Below are positions 24,473 through 39,057 of a DNA stretch of 64,000 nt, in pieces (position 1 is the stretch's first letter; the number at the start of each line of letters is the position of its first letter). The DNA comes from Mizuhopecten yessoensis. Lineage: Eukaryota. The DNA lies in the NCBI RefSeq assembly GCF_002113885.1, contig NW_018408148.1, forward strand, positions 540,951 to 604,950. Direction: 5' to 3'. The translations under genes and the position numbers were made by a program. The notes beneath the pieces are model-generated. The model searched no databases. It was given only the letters and a program-made list of their open reading frames with translations, and was not told the DNA's origin.

Positions 24473-24800
24473 CATCCTCGATATCCAGAGTTTACGCTCA
24501 CTTTTGCTCTCTGCACCCCTGGAATATGTCATAGCAAAATTGAAGGCATGAAGATAGCTGTTTGATTGGTCTCGGGTAAAATAAACTGACCTTTGAAGAT
24601 TACGAAGGAGAGACACCCGACTTCAAAGCCTGTCAATTTTTACCTTTACATGACCGCGAGATTCTCTTGATGTTCATCAAAGGTTTGAACTTGTCTTCTT
24701 GTCTCATTAACAAGGTGGCGCACACCGAGCCTTCAATTTTGCTGACATATTCCACGGTGTAAAGAGCGAAAGTGAGCGTAACCCCTGGATATCGAGGATG
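24473..24800. mobile_element. MITE, same Mutator-like family
   Basis: CATCCTCGATATCCAG...CTGGATATCGAGGATG, TSD ATTGAATAG (24464-24472 / 24801-24809). Confidence 0.88.
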
Positions 24801-26528
24801 ATTGAATAGATGACAAACCCATCAAAGTGATCTATGATTTAACTCGTGTTCAGCTGGAGTTTGAACCTCCTAACCGTACCAAAATTGAAAGTTATTCTTT
24901 AATTAGCCCGCGCTGGACATCAGTTCACGTCTGATTAGTTGCTTGATAATTTGTAGTCGCATTGTTCCAAAAACATTTTATATTAAGTGTCATATGTATG
25001 TTTATCAATACTAACAACATGGTATGTATTGTTTTACTGCTGGAGTCCCAAACCCATTTTTATTTAGAGATATTATATACACAATAACATATTTTACACT
25101 GAAATGAAAAACAAGCGACCAGGTATTACCTGGTATTATCTCATATAAAGACAATCTTAAATATGAACCAAGGTCAAATAGTATTACCACCATACTTAGT
25201 TATTTACTGTTAAAAGATTATTTTTTTGGCCCCTGTGACCTTGAAAATGGTACAAGGTCATTTATTTAAACCAACTTTATGTAATGCACATGATACAGTT
25301 AGGGTAAGGTTCAGAATTCTTCACAGTTTTGACGATGAATTTGCTATTCATAAAGAAAGTTGAACCAACTACGTAGATTTGCATTTAATGAAAAAATGCA
25401 CACCATCCATCTACTAATAGCGGGCTGGGAAAAAAGACGAAATCGACGACAGAATTTTTTAGATGAAATTGACGCATAAACAACATATTTATTAAAGGTA
25501 CATACTTTTATTCATTGAATACTGAATGACAATGAATTCAGCTCATCACTTATTGAATTCATGGGTATAAAATGTCACGAAACATAAACATAAGCAGTTC
25601 AAACAGCACTGGATACTGAAATACATTGCAATTCTACCCTCTTCATAACTGTTCAAATAGTTCCAAACAGTTGGGAATTGAATATGAATATGAAACTTAA
25701 CGAAACAGGTCTATTTCACTTCAAGAACCTAAACAAATTGTTAAAGAGAGCCTACCAACTTTTTTCTGGCAATAAATCATTATTGGGTAGGTTGAAATCA
25801 TTTTGTTTAAAAAAACTTTTGAACTTCCACAAAAAGCGATCAGTGAAATAAAATAAAAAAATTGAGCACCTGAAGTTTACTTGAGTAATTAATGAAATAT
25901 TATTTGTAGATATAAATTTCACGGAGATTTATCATTAATCAAGGAAAGTTTATAACCCAGTTCACCAGTGGCAGATTATGCTGCAGCTCCGGGGGAGCCT
26001 CCCCCTTTGGCTCTGATTTTTTATTTATTTTTAATTTCATCAAAAAGGACCTGAAGGATGAGAGGCATGCTAATAAAGGTATGAATTGTTAGCTTCTTTC
26101 TTTGAGAAATCCTTGAACAGCCTTGTGTTAAGACATCATTTTCATCTGTATCTCCCGTACAATAATCATAAAAAAGATAGTTTCATGAAACTTCATTGAA
26201 AGAACATAATTAATATAAGGTCCCAGTCTTATTATGAAAGTTTGCTGAAAAATTGTAAATAGACCTTCAAATTCACACTTACTTAAATACTTCAATTATA
26301 TTTACATTGATGCAAAATTAAACTCCACTGGTCAATGAAAGTTCTGCACCAAATTCTTTAAAAAAAAAATCATATATGATCAAGGAGAGGCTATTTAACC
26401 CATTTACCCCTAAACTCACATTGAACCTTACCAAATCAAAGTCTGGGCAAGTCCAGTTAAAATATGAAGGGGTGAATGAGTTAAAGATTCAACAAGAACT
26501 TTCCATTTCCTGATTTTACCCCAGGGAA

Positions 26529-26811
26529 GGGCAGCAATGGCCAAGTGGTTAACATGTCTGAATGTTTACGATCACTAGCCCTCCATCACCGGGTCCCATG
26601 TTCGAGGCCTATCCCTGACTACTGGCCACAGGTCAGTGGTTTTGTTTTTCTACAAGTACTCCAACTTTCCTCCATCACCAAAAATTGGCATGTCCTTAAA
26701 TGGTAAGTGGTTTTGTTTTTCTATGGATACTCTGGCTTTTCTTTACGACCAAAACCTGGCACATCCTTAAATGTCCATAGTGGTTACTAGGACGTAAAAC
26801 ACAAACAAACA
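26529..26811 (+). mobile_element. SINE, same family as 3397-3628, with an internal tandem duplication of the core
   Basis: Same head, doubled GTGGTTTTGTTTTTCT...CCTTAAATG segment, tail GGACGTAAAACACAAAC. Confidence 0.75.
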
Positions 26812-28160
26812 GAATCAACCTAATCTACCCTGGGGAAGCCACACAGTTTATCACAATGAATTCCATTGGTTTATGGATGCTTTATATTTGATATAAATAT
26901 CTCTTCACAAATGTTTCAAATTTAGTCAAAATCTGGACGAGAGTTATGGACTACCGAAGACAGATAAGGTAGGATTTCACACCATGATACAAAATGTAAT
27001 TACCGGTATTCACCTTTCAGGTATTCCAGAAATCAAAATTGTTACAAATATAATCTTTGTAATACACAGGACATAAAAGATGTCTACCTTTGATAGTCTG
27101 TAATAGCGACGGCCAATTAAATACTGTTTTAAACAGATTTGGTTTTTTAATCATATACTTTTATTTGAGATTAATGCCAACCCCATAAATGGTTTTGGAA
27201 AATTCTTTTTATATGTATCTACAAAAATGTTTTTGAAAACCCATTTTTTGTACTTTCTCTTTGCCGACGGATGTTCCATACCAAGTTTTGTAAATATTTC
27301 TTCACATATACTTCAGGCGATGTCATGACAAATATTTGATTTTATCAAATTGGGTCATTCTGATAAAGAATTTTTAGTGCTTCTTATTATAATAAATTAG
27401 TTATCTAGTTCTTAAAAGAATGCAAAATAAAATAAGACACTTGTTTACATGCCTACGTAAGCTTAAGGGAGATTTGTACAATGGGGGAGTAAAGCTTTAA
27501 CTGTCAAAGTGGGACCAGCTGTGTGAGGTATATAACTATCCTACTGGCAGCCACATTTAGTAAGTACACAAATCCTTGGAAACACTCCTGATGCTGATAT
27601 TTCAAAGCTGTTACCACAGCCTCCAAAACCTCTGCAGAAAACAATCTGCATCTGTCGTGGTCTATTTGGTGCATCTCCGAGCAGGTTTTCAATGTCTGTA
27701 GAAAACAAATCTGTTCGTCTCTAAACAGCCATGACAGTTTGAGATCTGTCTGTACGGCTATGTCTGTTTCACACGTTTTCTGGGGAGATTGGATGCGTGA
27801 GCATGCATTTTCAAACGTAGTCTTTGTTTAGAGTCAGTTGACACACGGAAGCCTGCCAGTCATAACGAAAATACACTGGCTAGCCAATATCTTCAATAAA
27901 ATGAGGAGAATGCATGTTACCATGGTAATACATGCACTAGGCAGCTATAAATAGTCTCTATGACAACTGGAAACCTACACAGGTTACCATGGTAACACAT
28001 TGGCCAGCCAATATAAGTCTCTATAACAAATGGTGACATGCAGACAACCCTGTTATCACACTAGCCAGCCAACAGCCTCAGTCACATGCAGGAACTGTAG
28101 GTTTCCATGGTTACACAGTGGGTGTCCAATAGTCTTGTAGCACATTATAAGCACACACTG

Positions 28161-31100
28161 TTACCTAGCAGCGTACATCTGTATATAGTCTCTCACTTTA
28201 CTCTTGAATGATTCCTGTAAAAGAATTACATACAAATTAAGCATGCAGAACAATCTTAATGCACAGCCTAATAAGTTTTGTTCCAGTTTTTTCAAATCAA
28301 CTCCTTCACAAGGAAGAACTTGTACATCAATTAAATATCTTATAACAATTTATATGTGTCATCTTAAAAACTAACTTCGTCACAACAAACAATTTATAAG
28401 TGTCATCTTAAAAACTAACTTTATCACAACAAACAATTTATAAGTGTCATCTTAAAAACTAAATTTGTCACAACAAACAATTTATATGTGTCATTTTAAA
28501 AACAAACTTCGTCACAACAAACAATTTATATGTGACATCTTAAAAACTAACTTTTTCACAACAAACAATTTATAAGTGTCATCTTAAAAACTAAGTTTGT
28601 CACAATAAACAATTTATATGTGTCATCTTAAAAACAAACTTCGTCACAACAAACAATTTATAAGTGTCATCTTAAAAACTAACGTCGTCACAATAAACAA
28701 TTTATATGTGTCATCTTAAAAACAAACTTCGTCACAACAAACAATTTATAAGTGTCATCTTAAAAACTAAATTTGTCACAACAAACAATTTATATGTGAC
28801 ATCTTAAAAACTAACTTTATCACAACAAACAATTTATACGTGTCATCTTAAAAACTAAATTTGTCACAACAAACAATTTATACGTGTCATCTTAAAAACT
28901 AAATTTGTCACAACAAACAATTTATAAGTGTCATATTAAAAACTAACTTTATCACAACAAACAATTTATACGTGTCATCTTAAAAACTAAATTTGTCACA
29001 ACAAACAATTTATACGTGTCATCTTAAAAACTAAATTTGTCACAACAAACAATTTATATGTGACATCTTAAAAACTAACTTTATCACAACAAACAATTTA
29101 TATGTGACATCTTAAAAACTAACTTTATCACAACAAACAATTTATATGTGTCATCTTAAAAACTAACTTTGTCACAACAAACAATTTAACTAGCTTTACG
29201 ACTAAACAATTTTTACCATTAAATTTTGTTATAACACACAGATAGTTATATGTATATATTCTAATATTTTTCATAAAACAAGCAAACAACTTGTTTGACT
29301 CGCCTTAAAACTTTAAAACAAACTACAAAACAACATGTATGTGTAGCTACATATGTATTAAACTAACTTTGTTTAACAGAAAATAATATGACTGTAAATT
29401 CTAATAAAAAAAATTCAAGCAAGCAAACAACTTGTGTGACTCTAACTTTACAAAATAACTTTATTTCATCAACTGAATATGTGTATGTGAAGTTAGGAAG
29501 CTTACTTTGTTGCGTGAATAGTGATCGGCAGCATCTACATTGAGTGGGTCGTCAAAATTGAGTAAATCCTAGGGAACGACAAACAAATAATTCGTTAAAT
29601 TCAGAAACACAAGATACATTCATAATTACACATATTCATAGTTACAAAACATACAGAGTACAAAATTTAACAGGAAATTCATTGAATCCCGGTTGACTTT
29701 TATTTTCAAAATGCACCCTAAAACCCCCAGACAAGAGGCCAAAGGGGCCTGAATACCTCCGGATCCCCGTGCTTTAATTTAACTTTGCTATATCTAAAAT
29801 GGACAAATTATCTACAAAACCTTATTTGATTCTGTGATATGGATTTACATATTCCTCTATTTTTATTGAACAGTAAAAAGTTGTCAAACTATTCGTCTGC
29901 AGTAGACTGTTGAATATTTAAGAAATAGTTTGGTTTGGTTTTATTTTGTTTAACGTTCTATCATTAGCTATAAGGTCATCTTAGGACAGGTCTCTATGTG
30001 TGTTATTTTGATAAAAGGGTTTAATTAGTCATTTTTTAGGTAAAAAGTCCTGGATAATTATAAGAAAAGAAATTTTATACTTCTGTCAGTGAATTTTTGT
30101 TATGCTTAATATTGTTTTTCTTTCAAATGATTTACTTTGCCATTGCAAGGGAGATAATATATGAAAGAAACAACAGAGTAGTCTCCGCTTGCTATACAAA
30201 CTAAATCCCCTTTCACATATCCTGTTTAACTGGTTTGTCTGTTTTTAAATGCAAAACTTTCGGGTATAAATCCTGGTGGACCTGCAAATATTTATGCAGG
30301 CCTTGCAAGGCTTTGTGAAGGCTCACCTGAAACTGAAAGCAGCATCAGATCCCTATAACGTCCAGCCTATAATTTTATACAAATCTGATCCAACTGTTTG
30401 GATCGCAATAAACAAATGCGGCCTAAGTCTCAATACTGTGTGTTTTGTAAATGTGCATCTATTATGGTATCTACCACATTTTGTCTAATACCAGCTTATC
30501 TTAAATGCTGTATGTAATGCCTCGTGTGGGCCCATATTTGGGAAAAAATATCTTTTATCTTGTATGTTGTACTATAAATAAAATAAATAAATATACAACA
30601 TTTGATATAGCGCCCTATCTAGCTAACATAAGCCACTATAAAGCGCTTTACAGTACATAGATATACAATTTATCTATACTGTGGATTTTAATTTTCTTTA
30701 TGGCAATCAGGTTTTGGCGATTAGGTAGACCCTTCCGACAGTGATGTGTTGTGCATCGATAAAATATTTGGAGATCTCGGGTATTGGTTTCAAATTTCGG
30801 ATACCCAGGGTGGAAATATTATACCCACAATAGCCCTAACATTTATATACAGATTAAGATAGATAATTGATATGTAAAGAATATGTTGATTTCAGAACCA
30901 TTGAAATGTGAAAACTCAACACTGCAATTGGTTTAAAGAGCCATAACATGAATATTTCCACATGCAGGAATTCTCGCTTTTTCAGTATATATGGACACAT
31001 CTCCATGAAGGATTATGCATACAATAGTGTAATACATGTACGTACAGAAAATAAAGAGTTGAGACCCCATATCACATCTTTGAGTCGTCTTGTGGGTGCC

Positions 31101-34100
31101 CAACCTGTAATAAAACAAACATGAGGAATTATGGTAGAACAATTGGTCACGTGACTTGCGTCATTTGATGTAATTGCATCACATGACGTTGGCCAATTAC
31201 AGTTATAGATTGTTTGAAAATTATCTAAATACAGCAGACATGGGGTAGAAATTTGACAAAAGTTGTAAGCCTTGGCTTAAAGTATACTATTTACAGGAAA
31301 ACGTGTCTATCAAAAATATGTTTTTGTGGAGAGTTTTTTGTCTTAAACATTTGCGATCTATGGCATGCCATTGTGTCACAAACAGCAAAATCATAATTTG
31401 TAAAAATGCAGACAATCAACTACTTCAACTTTCCATTTTTAACAAGTATAATTAGTTACATGTTACTGAAAGACTACTGTATACCAGGACATTTTCACCC
31501 AGTCGAACTTTCACCCTTCGCACATGAAATAAGTGTTCGTCCAGTGTTAATTTTGCCCTTCACGTTCAATTTCTACGTTTATTATCATGTTTACTTAAAT
31601 TCGCTGCAGTGATCAATTAACCCTCATTATCGAAGTCGAAAAAGGCAAAATCAAACTGCAGCGAAACTTTCTCGGTATTAATTATACCATAATACTTTAA
31701 CTCATTCACCCCTCAAATTTCATAATGAACTATTTCAACTGTTGAATTGGAGGAGTTCAAATGTGTCTTCAGGGGTGAATGAGTTAAAGAGCACTGTCAC
31801 CAGCCTCGAAATAGCTCAGCTTATGAAAGTCAAATAATCCTGCCAAGATTCAGCAGGTCTCGTCAGACCATTATCAATGATTTCATAAAACAAGAGGCCC
31901 GGAGGACCTGTATCACTCACCTGGATATTGAAGCAATCATGGCAAAATATTTTAATTAAATATAATACTGCAGGTATTTCCTAATTTTGGTTTGTCTTTC
32001 AGCATACAGTCCAGGATGTCTCTTAATAGTTTAAATGATCAGTGAATAATTTTGGCCAAAGAAGTCTCTGATATAACGATACACACTTACTTCATTCTCA
32101 ATACTCCAGATGTTTTGCTCACTTACACTCTCTGAAACTCTGGAATATGTCATAATCAAATCCAGGACTCAGTGTGCACGACCTTGTGGATGACACAAGA
32201 AGACTTGTTTATCCTTTGATGTACATCAAAAGAATCTTGCGGTCACATAACAGTAAAATTGACAACCTATGAAGTCGAACATCGTTCCTCTCAAGTCTGT
32301 AATCTTCACAGCACAGGTACCAGACTAGTGATTGGTCAGTTTCTTTTTACCTGAGACCAATCAAATAGCTAGTTGCATGCCTGCAATTTTGCTATGACAT
32401 ATTCCAGGGGTGTTAAGAGCGAAAGTCAGTACTTACCTAGACTGTCGTAGGAACTTTGTCGGAGTAAACTTAGACAAACTTCACCATCCTCGTTGATATT
32501 AGGGTGCCATATTCTTGTACTACATACAACTATTGGGGGCTACAACAGATTATAGTATACAACTGATGATGCCTACTGTATATACACAACAGTAACACGG
32601 ATACTGTAAATAGAACATTAGACTTTATTCAGAATGTTTAGAATAATATTGATTATAAATGCTAAATTTGTTTTGTACACAAGCAGTTATTAAATAAAAA
32701 CTTTTTATTGGAGCTTTCACAAACATCTGGGTTTTTTTATGTCAAAGAAAAATATGGGGTCATAAAGATGACTCAGCTTTCGTGATGTTCCAGTTTATGA
32801 TGTGGTTGTGTATGTTACATGTGTAGCATGGTCTGTTATGGCCGTTTTATTGTATTGACTATTGTTTCTCCAGTGTACATGTCTTCCTTGTATTTTCTGT
32901 TTTAACATCTACTAATGAGAGAATTATGTAAACATATTTCACTCCCTCTGATATCATTTTGACAGCTGCCGATGCTTACTCAGCACATTGTGTCTTAGTA
33001 AGGTATTTTTCAGTAGTAGAGTCAAAACATCGGTCATTTGTATTCTTTAATTGACGAATTCGAGAGGAGCCTAAAAGAACATCAGAAAGACGTTGACACC
33101 ATGAAACATCAGGTCTACACAAGAAATAAAAAGAATACATTGGAGAAACATAGAACAAATCAGCCATTACAGACCATGCTAACATACACAATCACATCAT
33201 AGACTGGAACAACTCTTAAAAGCTTGAAAGATCAAAGAATACATCTTCATTCTTGGATAGGAGGGAAAGGGAATTGATAAACAGAGACGAGGGGGAGCAC
33301 CAGCTGATCATCTTTATGATGCCATTTTAACATCCACTAAGGGACAGAATGGGTGGGCATATTACCCGTCCCTCTGACTGCCTGTAGCATTGAGTGTTAT
33401 TTGGTCAAAACGTCTCTATCATTATGATAACTGACTTTCAATTTACTGACTTGGTACATTGTCACTTAGTGAGTTGTTTTCAATGTAGGACTAATATAAA
33501 TACCCGGCCTTCCCTGGCTGGGTATTAAATCAATCCCATGCCTTGTAATGGAGCAAGCGATTTTAGAATAAATTGACAGCACATTGGTCTGCATTGACAA
33601 ATAGGGTTGTAGTATGAACTATTTCTGTTGATATCCTGTATAACTTGAAGTTAAACTCTCTCTAAAATGTTGTTAAATTTTCAAGTAAACGTAGCAAGCG
33701 CAATTGAAATCTGAGTTGACCGCCATGTTGGAAAGTTCGTCTCTCTTCCGATATAGATCAGACGTCCAAATATGGGTGTCATGACCCAATATTGAAATAA
33801 TAGTTAACATGGCGGCATCAGTAGTAATACTATATTTGGCCATGCAGGCCATATATACAAAGGATAATTGAGATAACATCAAGCATGATCTGTCATGGCG
33901 GTCGTTTCTATATTTCCCAAAAGACAGACTTGGCTAAATTTGTGAAAGAGTATTTTGCATTATTGATTGATAATTATAAGGATTCGTTTTTTTAACAATT
34001 ATGCAATATTTTGATAACATTATACTCATGTAAGACACGAATTATATGTAATCTTACAGATGAGCGCTTTTGATTTTGCTCCATTAGTTTGCATAGGACC

Positions 34101-36115
34101 GCTTTGTAGCTCTGACGACGCAATATATAAAAACATCTCTAGTAGTCAGAAAGCTACGTTATCGCAGCTTTTTTCAATGGTAAAGAGTCAAAGACACTTA
34201 CACTCTTTGCTTGACAAAGAAAACAGATGATTTTGAAAGCTCGCAAAATAAGTTATCAAAACAACACAAGAGATTGCTGAATCGTGAACTAAGCTGTAAT
34301 TAGAACAAGGGAAATATTACGAACCTTTAGAAAATATTTTTATGGAGACCTTTGAAAAGTACAAGGAGAATAAAACATACCTCTGCCCCCAGGGGGTCCA
34401 AACCCAACATTTATACAAAATGAGTCTCCTTGGCCCAAGGATGCTCCAGACTAAATTCGGATAAAATCCTGCAATCCCTATATATGGTAGGAGATCTAAG
34501 GATTTCAAAGGTTTTACCTCTATTTCCCTTATTGGGCCCCCCTTCTATGACCCCGGGGGGGGGGGGCACACCTACATGTACCATTTATTCAAAATTGAAC
34601 AGGGGGGGATGACGCTAAGTGAAATTTTATTCAAGTTAACCATGTCATTAATTAAAACAATCAAGGGCTATGCTTAAAGCTGACAGTCACACTTTAAAAA
34701 GAACAACAAGAATCAAACTTACCACTATATTATAATCCTCAGGTATATCAACATTAAACAAGAATTTTCCGCCATGCCAGAATCCTTCATCGGGGGTGAT
34801 GGTCAGAGAAAAAATATGGAGCAGATTTGGGTTACCAAAGTTTACTTTACATGTCTTGGGCAGGTTCTCTTCCATTTCCTGGACCTCTGTAGGGGAGATA
34901 GCATTCATGTCAGTAACAAAATATATGGTTAATATATACATACATGTTGTATCTATCTATGTCTTTCCCTTTCTCTCTTCTCTACCATTTCATTTTGGCT
35001 GTGTTTCTCTATAGCTAGGCACATATATAATAATAATAATAATAATTTGAGGTTCTTATATACCGCTTTATCACAACCTAGTTTGTAGGTCGTCTCAAAG
35101 CGGTTCACAAATTATTATCCATGGTTATAGGGCCTTTGCAACCAGCCAATACCTTTCTCAACTCCCTGGGGAGCATACAGCTGGAGCTGCCATTTCAGCG
35201 GTAACAGCTAGCATTCAACAATTCTAGCACAACCATGTACTCATTTACAGACTGGAACAAGCGGAGTAAAGTATCTTGCTCAAAGATACAACACAGTGCC
35301 GTGACTAGAACCTGCAACCCTTCGGTCACGAGCCCGGGGTCCTACCACTAGACTACTGTGTCTCACATGTGGCTTCATAGCAACCTAGAGTACAATGTTA
35401 AACCCCAAACAAAACAAAAACATAGTATCCACATCAAAACCCTGTATACTCATACAGAACTGGTATTATAATGTTCTTATATCAAGTACTACTACATGTA
35501 TATAATTGTACACTTGGTTGTTAGCTAAATGAAAGGATATATATATCACTTGTTAATTGCTAAATGATCAAAGGCTTAAATGTCAACTGCTTGTGGCATC
35601 CTATTCTTCATTAAGGAAAAAGTGTACTAGTGTGAAATAAAAATAAATAAAAAATCATTTAACTCAAGACGGACACTTTTCTTAAAAATAGTAAAGAAAA
35701 ATCTTCCATAAGGAACATTTAAGTTTATTTAAAATCCATTTTTGAAAAATAAACCCAAAGGAATGAAGTCTCTGCACAAACATACTAGTACTGTTATCGT
35801 AACTTTTTTCTTGTAACCATCATTTATTTTTAAAAATCTACATTATCTTTTAATATTGTTTCACATTTCTGATGAACAATTTCTTTCCATCTGTTCTGAT
35901 ATGGATATATATAGAAGCATAAACTGTTCCGCATTAAGCTTCCCCACATCATTTTTTTGTCTGATCACTGTTGACAATATATGCCCATATAGCATGACCA
36001 ATATTGAAATCTTACCCTTTACTAGGAGTTTGTCCCGGATTGATATCCTTTTGATTTCATTGGTCTCCTTTTTCACTGGTGTCTGTTGTTTCAATTTCTT
36101 GGACAGTGTAATCAT
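28161..36115 (-). CDS. UBE2F: NEDD8-conjugating enzyme UBE2F, 180 aa; complement(join(28161..28214,29506..29568,31046..31104,32437..32539,34723..34886,36016..36115)); probable non-coding first exon ends at donor 39058
   Basis: GT-AG introns with consistent phase (543 nt). [10 protein letters not shown]-terminus, [33 protein letters not shown] (catalytic Cys), [30 protein letters not shown] are UBE2F signatures. Confidence 0.95.
28344..29188. repeat. 44-bp minisatellite, about 19 copies, in the last UBE2F intron
   Basis: Unit AACAATTTATAAGTGTCATCTTAAAAACTAACTTTGTCACAACA. Confidence 0.97.
32093..32430. mobile_element. Older, inverted copy of the same MITE family abutting a UBE2F donor site
   Basis: Homology in the TIR (TTTTGCTATGACATATTCCAGGGGTG..AAGAGCGAAAGT) and in the internal region. 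Confidence 0.7.
35028..35365 (-). mobile_element. tRNA-headed SINE with L2-type tail ending in (ATT)n
   Basis: Minus strand: TAGTCTAGTGG A box, GGTTCTAGTC B box, CTTTGAGCAAGATACTTTAC core, AAAGCGGTATATAAG...ATTATTATT tail. Confidence 0.7.
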
Positions 36116-36154
36116 GACTCCCTGTAAACACATCAAACAGTATCAGGAACATTA

Positions 36155-36429
36155 AACTGCATTGCCAGACCGGGGTTTGAACTCTAGACGGACGCTCTAC
36201 CAATTTATGTATCTGGTCGCTGACGATCAACCCAGTCCAGTTCCACTACATGCCTCCCTCCTTTTCGCCCCTAAAGACACAATTATTTACAACCCAGGTT
36301 CAGGTATCCCCTTGCCAAATGTACACCCATAGCTTTGAACAAGGGTTTAATCCTAACCCTCCAAACTCTAGACGGACGCTCTACCAATTTAGCTTAATAT
36401 ATAAAAAAAAACAGTCAAGTTCCGCTACA
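36155..36429 (-). mobile_element. Degenerate LTR-internal-LTR copy of the tRNA-LTR TRIM family
   Basis: Two partial LTRs (CTCTAGACGGACGCTCTACCAATT twice) flank an internal domain homologous to 9988-10109 (AACCTGGGTTGTAAATA). PPT AAAAGGAGGGAGG. Confidence 0.75.
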
Positions 36430-36632
36430 CTCATCTAAATTTAATCTGTGGTATCCACTAACATTTATAACCAAACCTTCAAAATGGCCCAGAGCCTCTA
36501 GCTCCATGCCATATTGTTTACCATACTGTAGAACAAAAATGATATTCAGTTATGGACTTCGGGTGAGGTCTATTTGTGATGTATAAACCTGTTCTGAGCA
36601 TTACTCATTGAAATCAAATAATGCTCAGACCA

Positions 36633-37110
36633 GGGCCTGCATTCATGAAAACCTTCTCATGCTCAAACTTAAGGTTTTGTATTAAAATTTTCTGTCTTGT
36701 ACTCACCGATCACGTTCTCATGCTTAAGTCGTATTCATGAAAAATTATGTGTTCAAGATTTGACCATGTACTCAAAGATTCTTGAGCATGCTCTTATAAT
36801 TATCCATGCTCAGAAGATTGTTAAACTATGGTGGCTGGCCATGGCAGATTTGTAAATGAGTGATAAGAGAGAATGTTATGCCAAGGCCTAGAGTATTTAT
36901 TGATCGCCATAATCTCTTAGAATCCATGGTGGAGGACGACGTTTTCAGAAGGTTTTGTTTCTGTACAGCAACGATTATTTACATCATGATAACATTGCAC
37001 ATGGAACAAGACGAATATTGTTGCTCCCGACCCTTTTACAAGTTTTGATGACTTTGCGATTCTTTGCAACATTTGCTTTTCAGCAGTTGGTTGGCAATGC
37101 TTTCATTGCT
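36633..37110 (+). pseudogene. PIF/Harbinger transposon remnant (5' end and decayed transposase N-terminus)
   Basis: RPRVFIDRHNLLESMVEDDVFRRFCF and, after a frameshift, QVLMTLRFFATFAFQQLVG resemble HARBI1-like transposases. Terminus GGGCCTGCATTCATGAA. Confidence 0.65.
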
Positions 37111-38307
37111 GTTCCCTAGCCAACTGGCTGTCGAGTAGTCAGGCCTTAATTGACCTATGAATCACAGATAGACCGAAGCTGAATTCCACATTTGTTTTAT
37201 TATGTCATTTTACATTCAAACCAATGCTTATCACTCATGACACATCTAAATAAGAATGTCATATTAAACTTTAGTATATATTGGGTAGCACTTCTGTCTA
37301 TTCTTGGAGTATTTAAAATATTTTCAAACTTTTCATATGACATCTCCCCTACAATCAATTACCTGGGTATTCAAAGTTTCCACCCGAGTGACGCTATTTT
37401 GTAGATTATGCAAATTACATGGGAGTGGCTATAAATCAACAAATCGTCCTGATCCGGACCAAAACTGAATACATTTTTCTATAAAGAAGAGTTGTGGATC
37501 GCCTCATTTTGTTGATAAGTCACTACAGTGTGATTGGCATAACCTATAAGTCACTACTAAATGGTGTCGCTTCAGGTTGGAAATTTTGAACGACTGAACA
37601 CCGAAGACTCTACCGACAGTATCAATAGCAGCTGTTGGGCCATTTATCGATATGTGTGAGGTAAGTGTATATGTTGTGTCTTAGCACCTCAAAGCTTTCC
37701 AACACTAAACGTTGGAGAATTCCATGGTTTAGTACTCTAGTATTAGTAGTGCGCTCTATAGCCCCACACAAGACCTATATCTGTCAAAATGTCTAAGCCA
37801 AGAGTCAGGACCTCTAAATGTGATCTTTCTCTGTTTTATTCCTGTCTGGGGAATTGTTGGGCTAGGTCTGAGGTAACATATGGATATTTTGGTAATTATG
37901 TAGGTTTAGGATACAGCAACTCAACCATCGGACTGCTGCAGTAGGGTCTAGAGTGGCGTGGGTTGTGTTATCAACTGTTGTAATTTGTTTTTAAATATGT
38001 CCAATATTTGCGGGTGCAATAAACATATATTACCCTGTATTGTATATCTTTTAACTTATTAAAAAGTTTATTTCATTTATCTATATGGACGGAACCTTGG
38101 GCAGTAAACAAACTCAATTCAAATCTGGTTTGACTCAATGTAGTCTTAGATAGTTAATTCTCACATGTCGCAAGATTGGTCACAGTGCACAAGAAATAAT
38201 TCCTATGCCAAAGATGCAGTCCTTACCCTCTAATCTAATTCCGTGGTTGACCTTTGACATATATAACACTTCGAGTACAGTCCTATTACAATAACTGGAC
38301 TCAACAA

Positions 38308-38716
38308 CAGGTCCAGTACACTCTGCCGATTGAGCTATATAGCTGTAAAGACCTATAATAGCTCTATTGACCTATCTGAAATAGGTCTTTAGAGCTATTT
38401 TCAAGTGATTTTCTTTTTTAAGGAAAACGGAACAAAGTCGCATTTAAAAGAAGATTGTATCATTAGGTTGATTACAAAAGACATTAAATATAAGTATTCT
38501 TTTTTAAAAATAATGATGTAGAGAAATCAGAAATTTACATTTATGAAATATGAAAACAAACATCTTACTGTATGCTTTTGTAGTCAACATTACCATTAAC
38601 CTTACTGTTTTCTGCGACTTTGCTTTAATTTAATGAAATTTGAAATGTGAGAAAATATGGCTCAATACAGCTATAATTATACTGTATAGCTCAATCGGCA
38701 AAGTGTACTGGACCTG
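38308..38716. mobile_element. MITE with about 30-bp TIRs and 6-bp TSD CAACAA
   Basis: CAGGTCCAGTACACTCTGCCGATTGAGCTATA / TATAGCTCAATCGGCAAAGTGTACTGGACCTG. Confidence 0.8.
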
Positions 38717-39057
38717 CAACAACGCAGAATAATACATATAGTACGAATGTTCACCCAGTGCACTCATTTCTCGAGGTGTATTGTTCAGAAACGGAACTTT
38801 CGGTTAATACAACAGATACAGATACGAAATATGCAGTGCAAGTATGAAGACCTATCTAGCATCATGATCAGCTGTCGAATGTTTGAGTTCAATCGGGGTG
38901 AACACTGTCAGTTTTGGGTCACGTACATTTCCAATATCATCAATGCAGACATTTTTGTGGGCAAATCCGGACAAAAACTAATTCAGATTACAAAAGTATA
39001 ATTATAATGTGATAACAAAACGACATAACGAACAGTAAAATGGAGGAAAATACTTAC

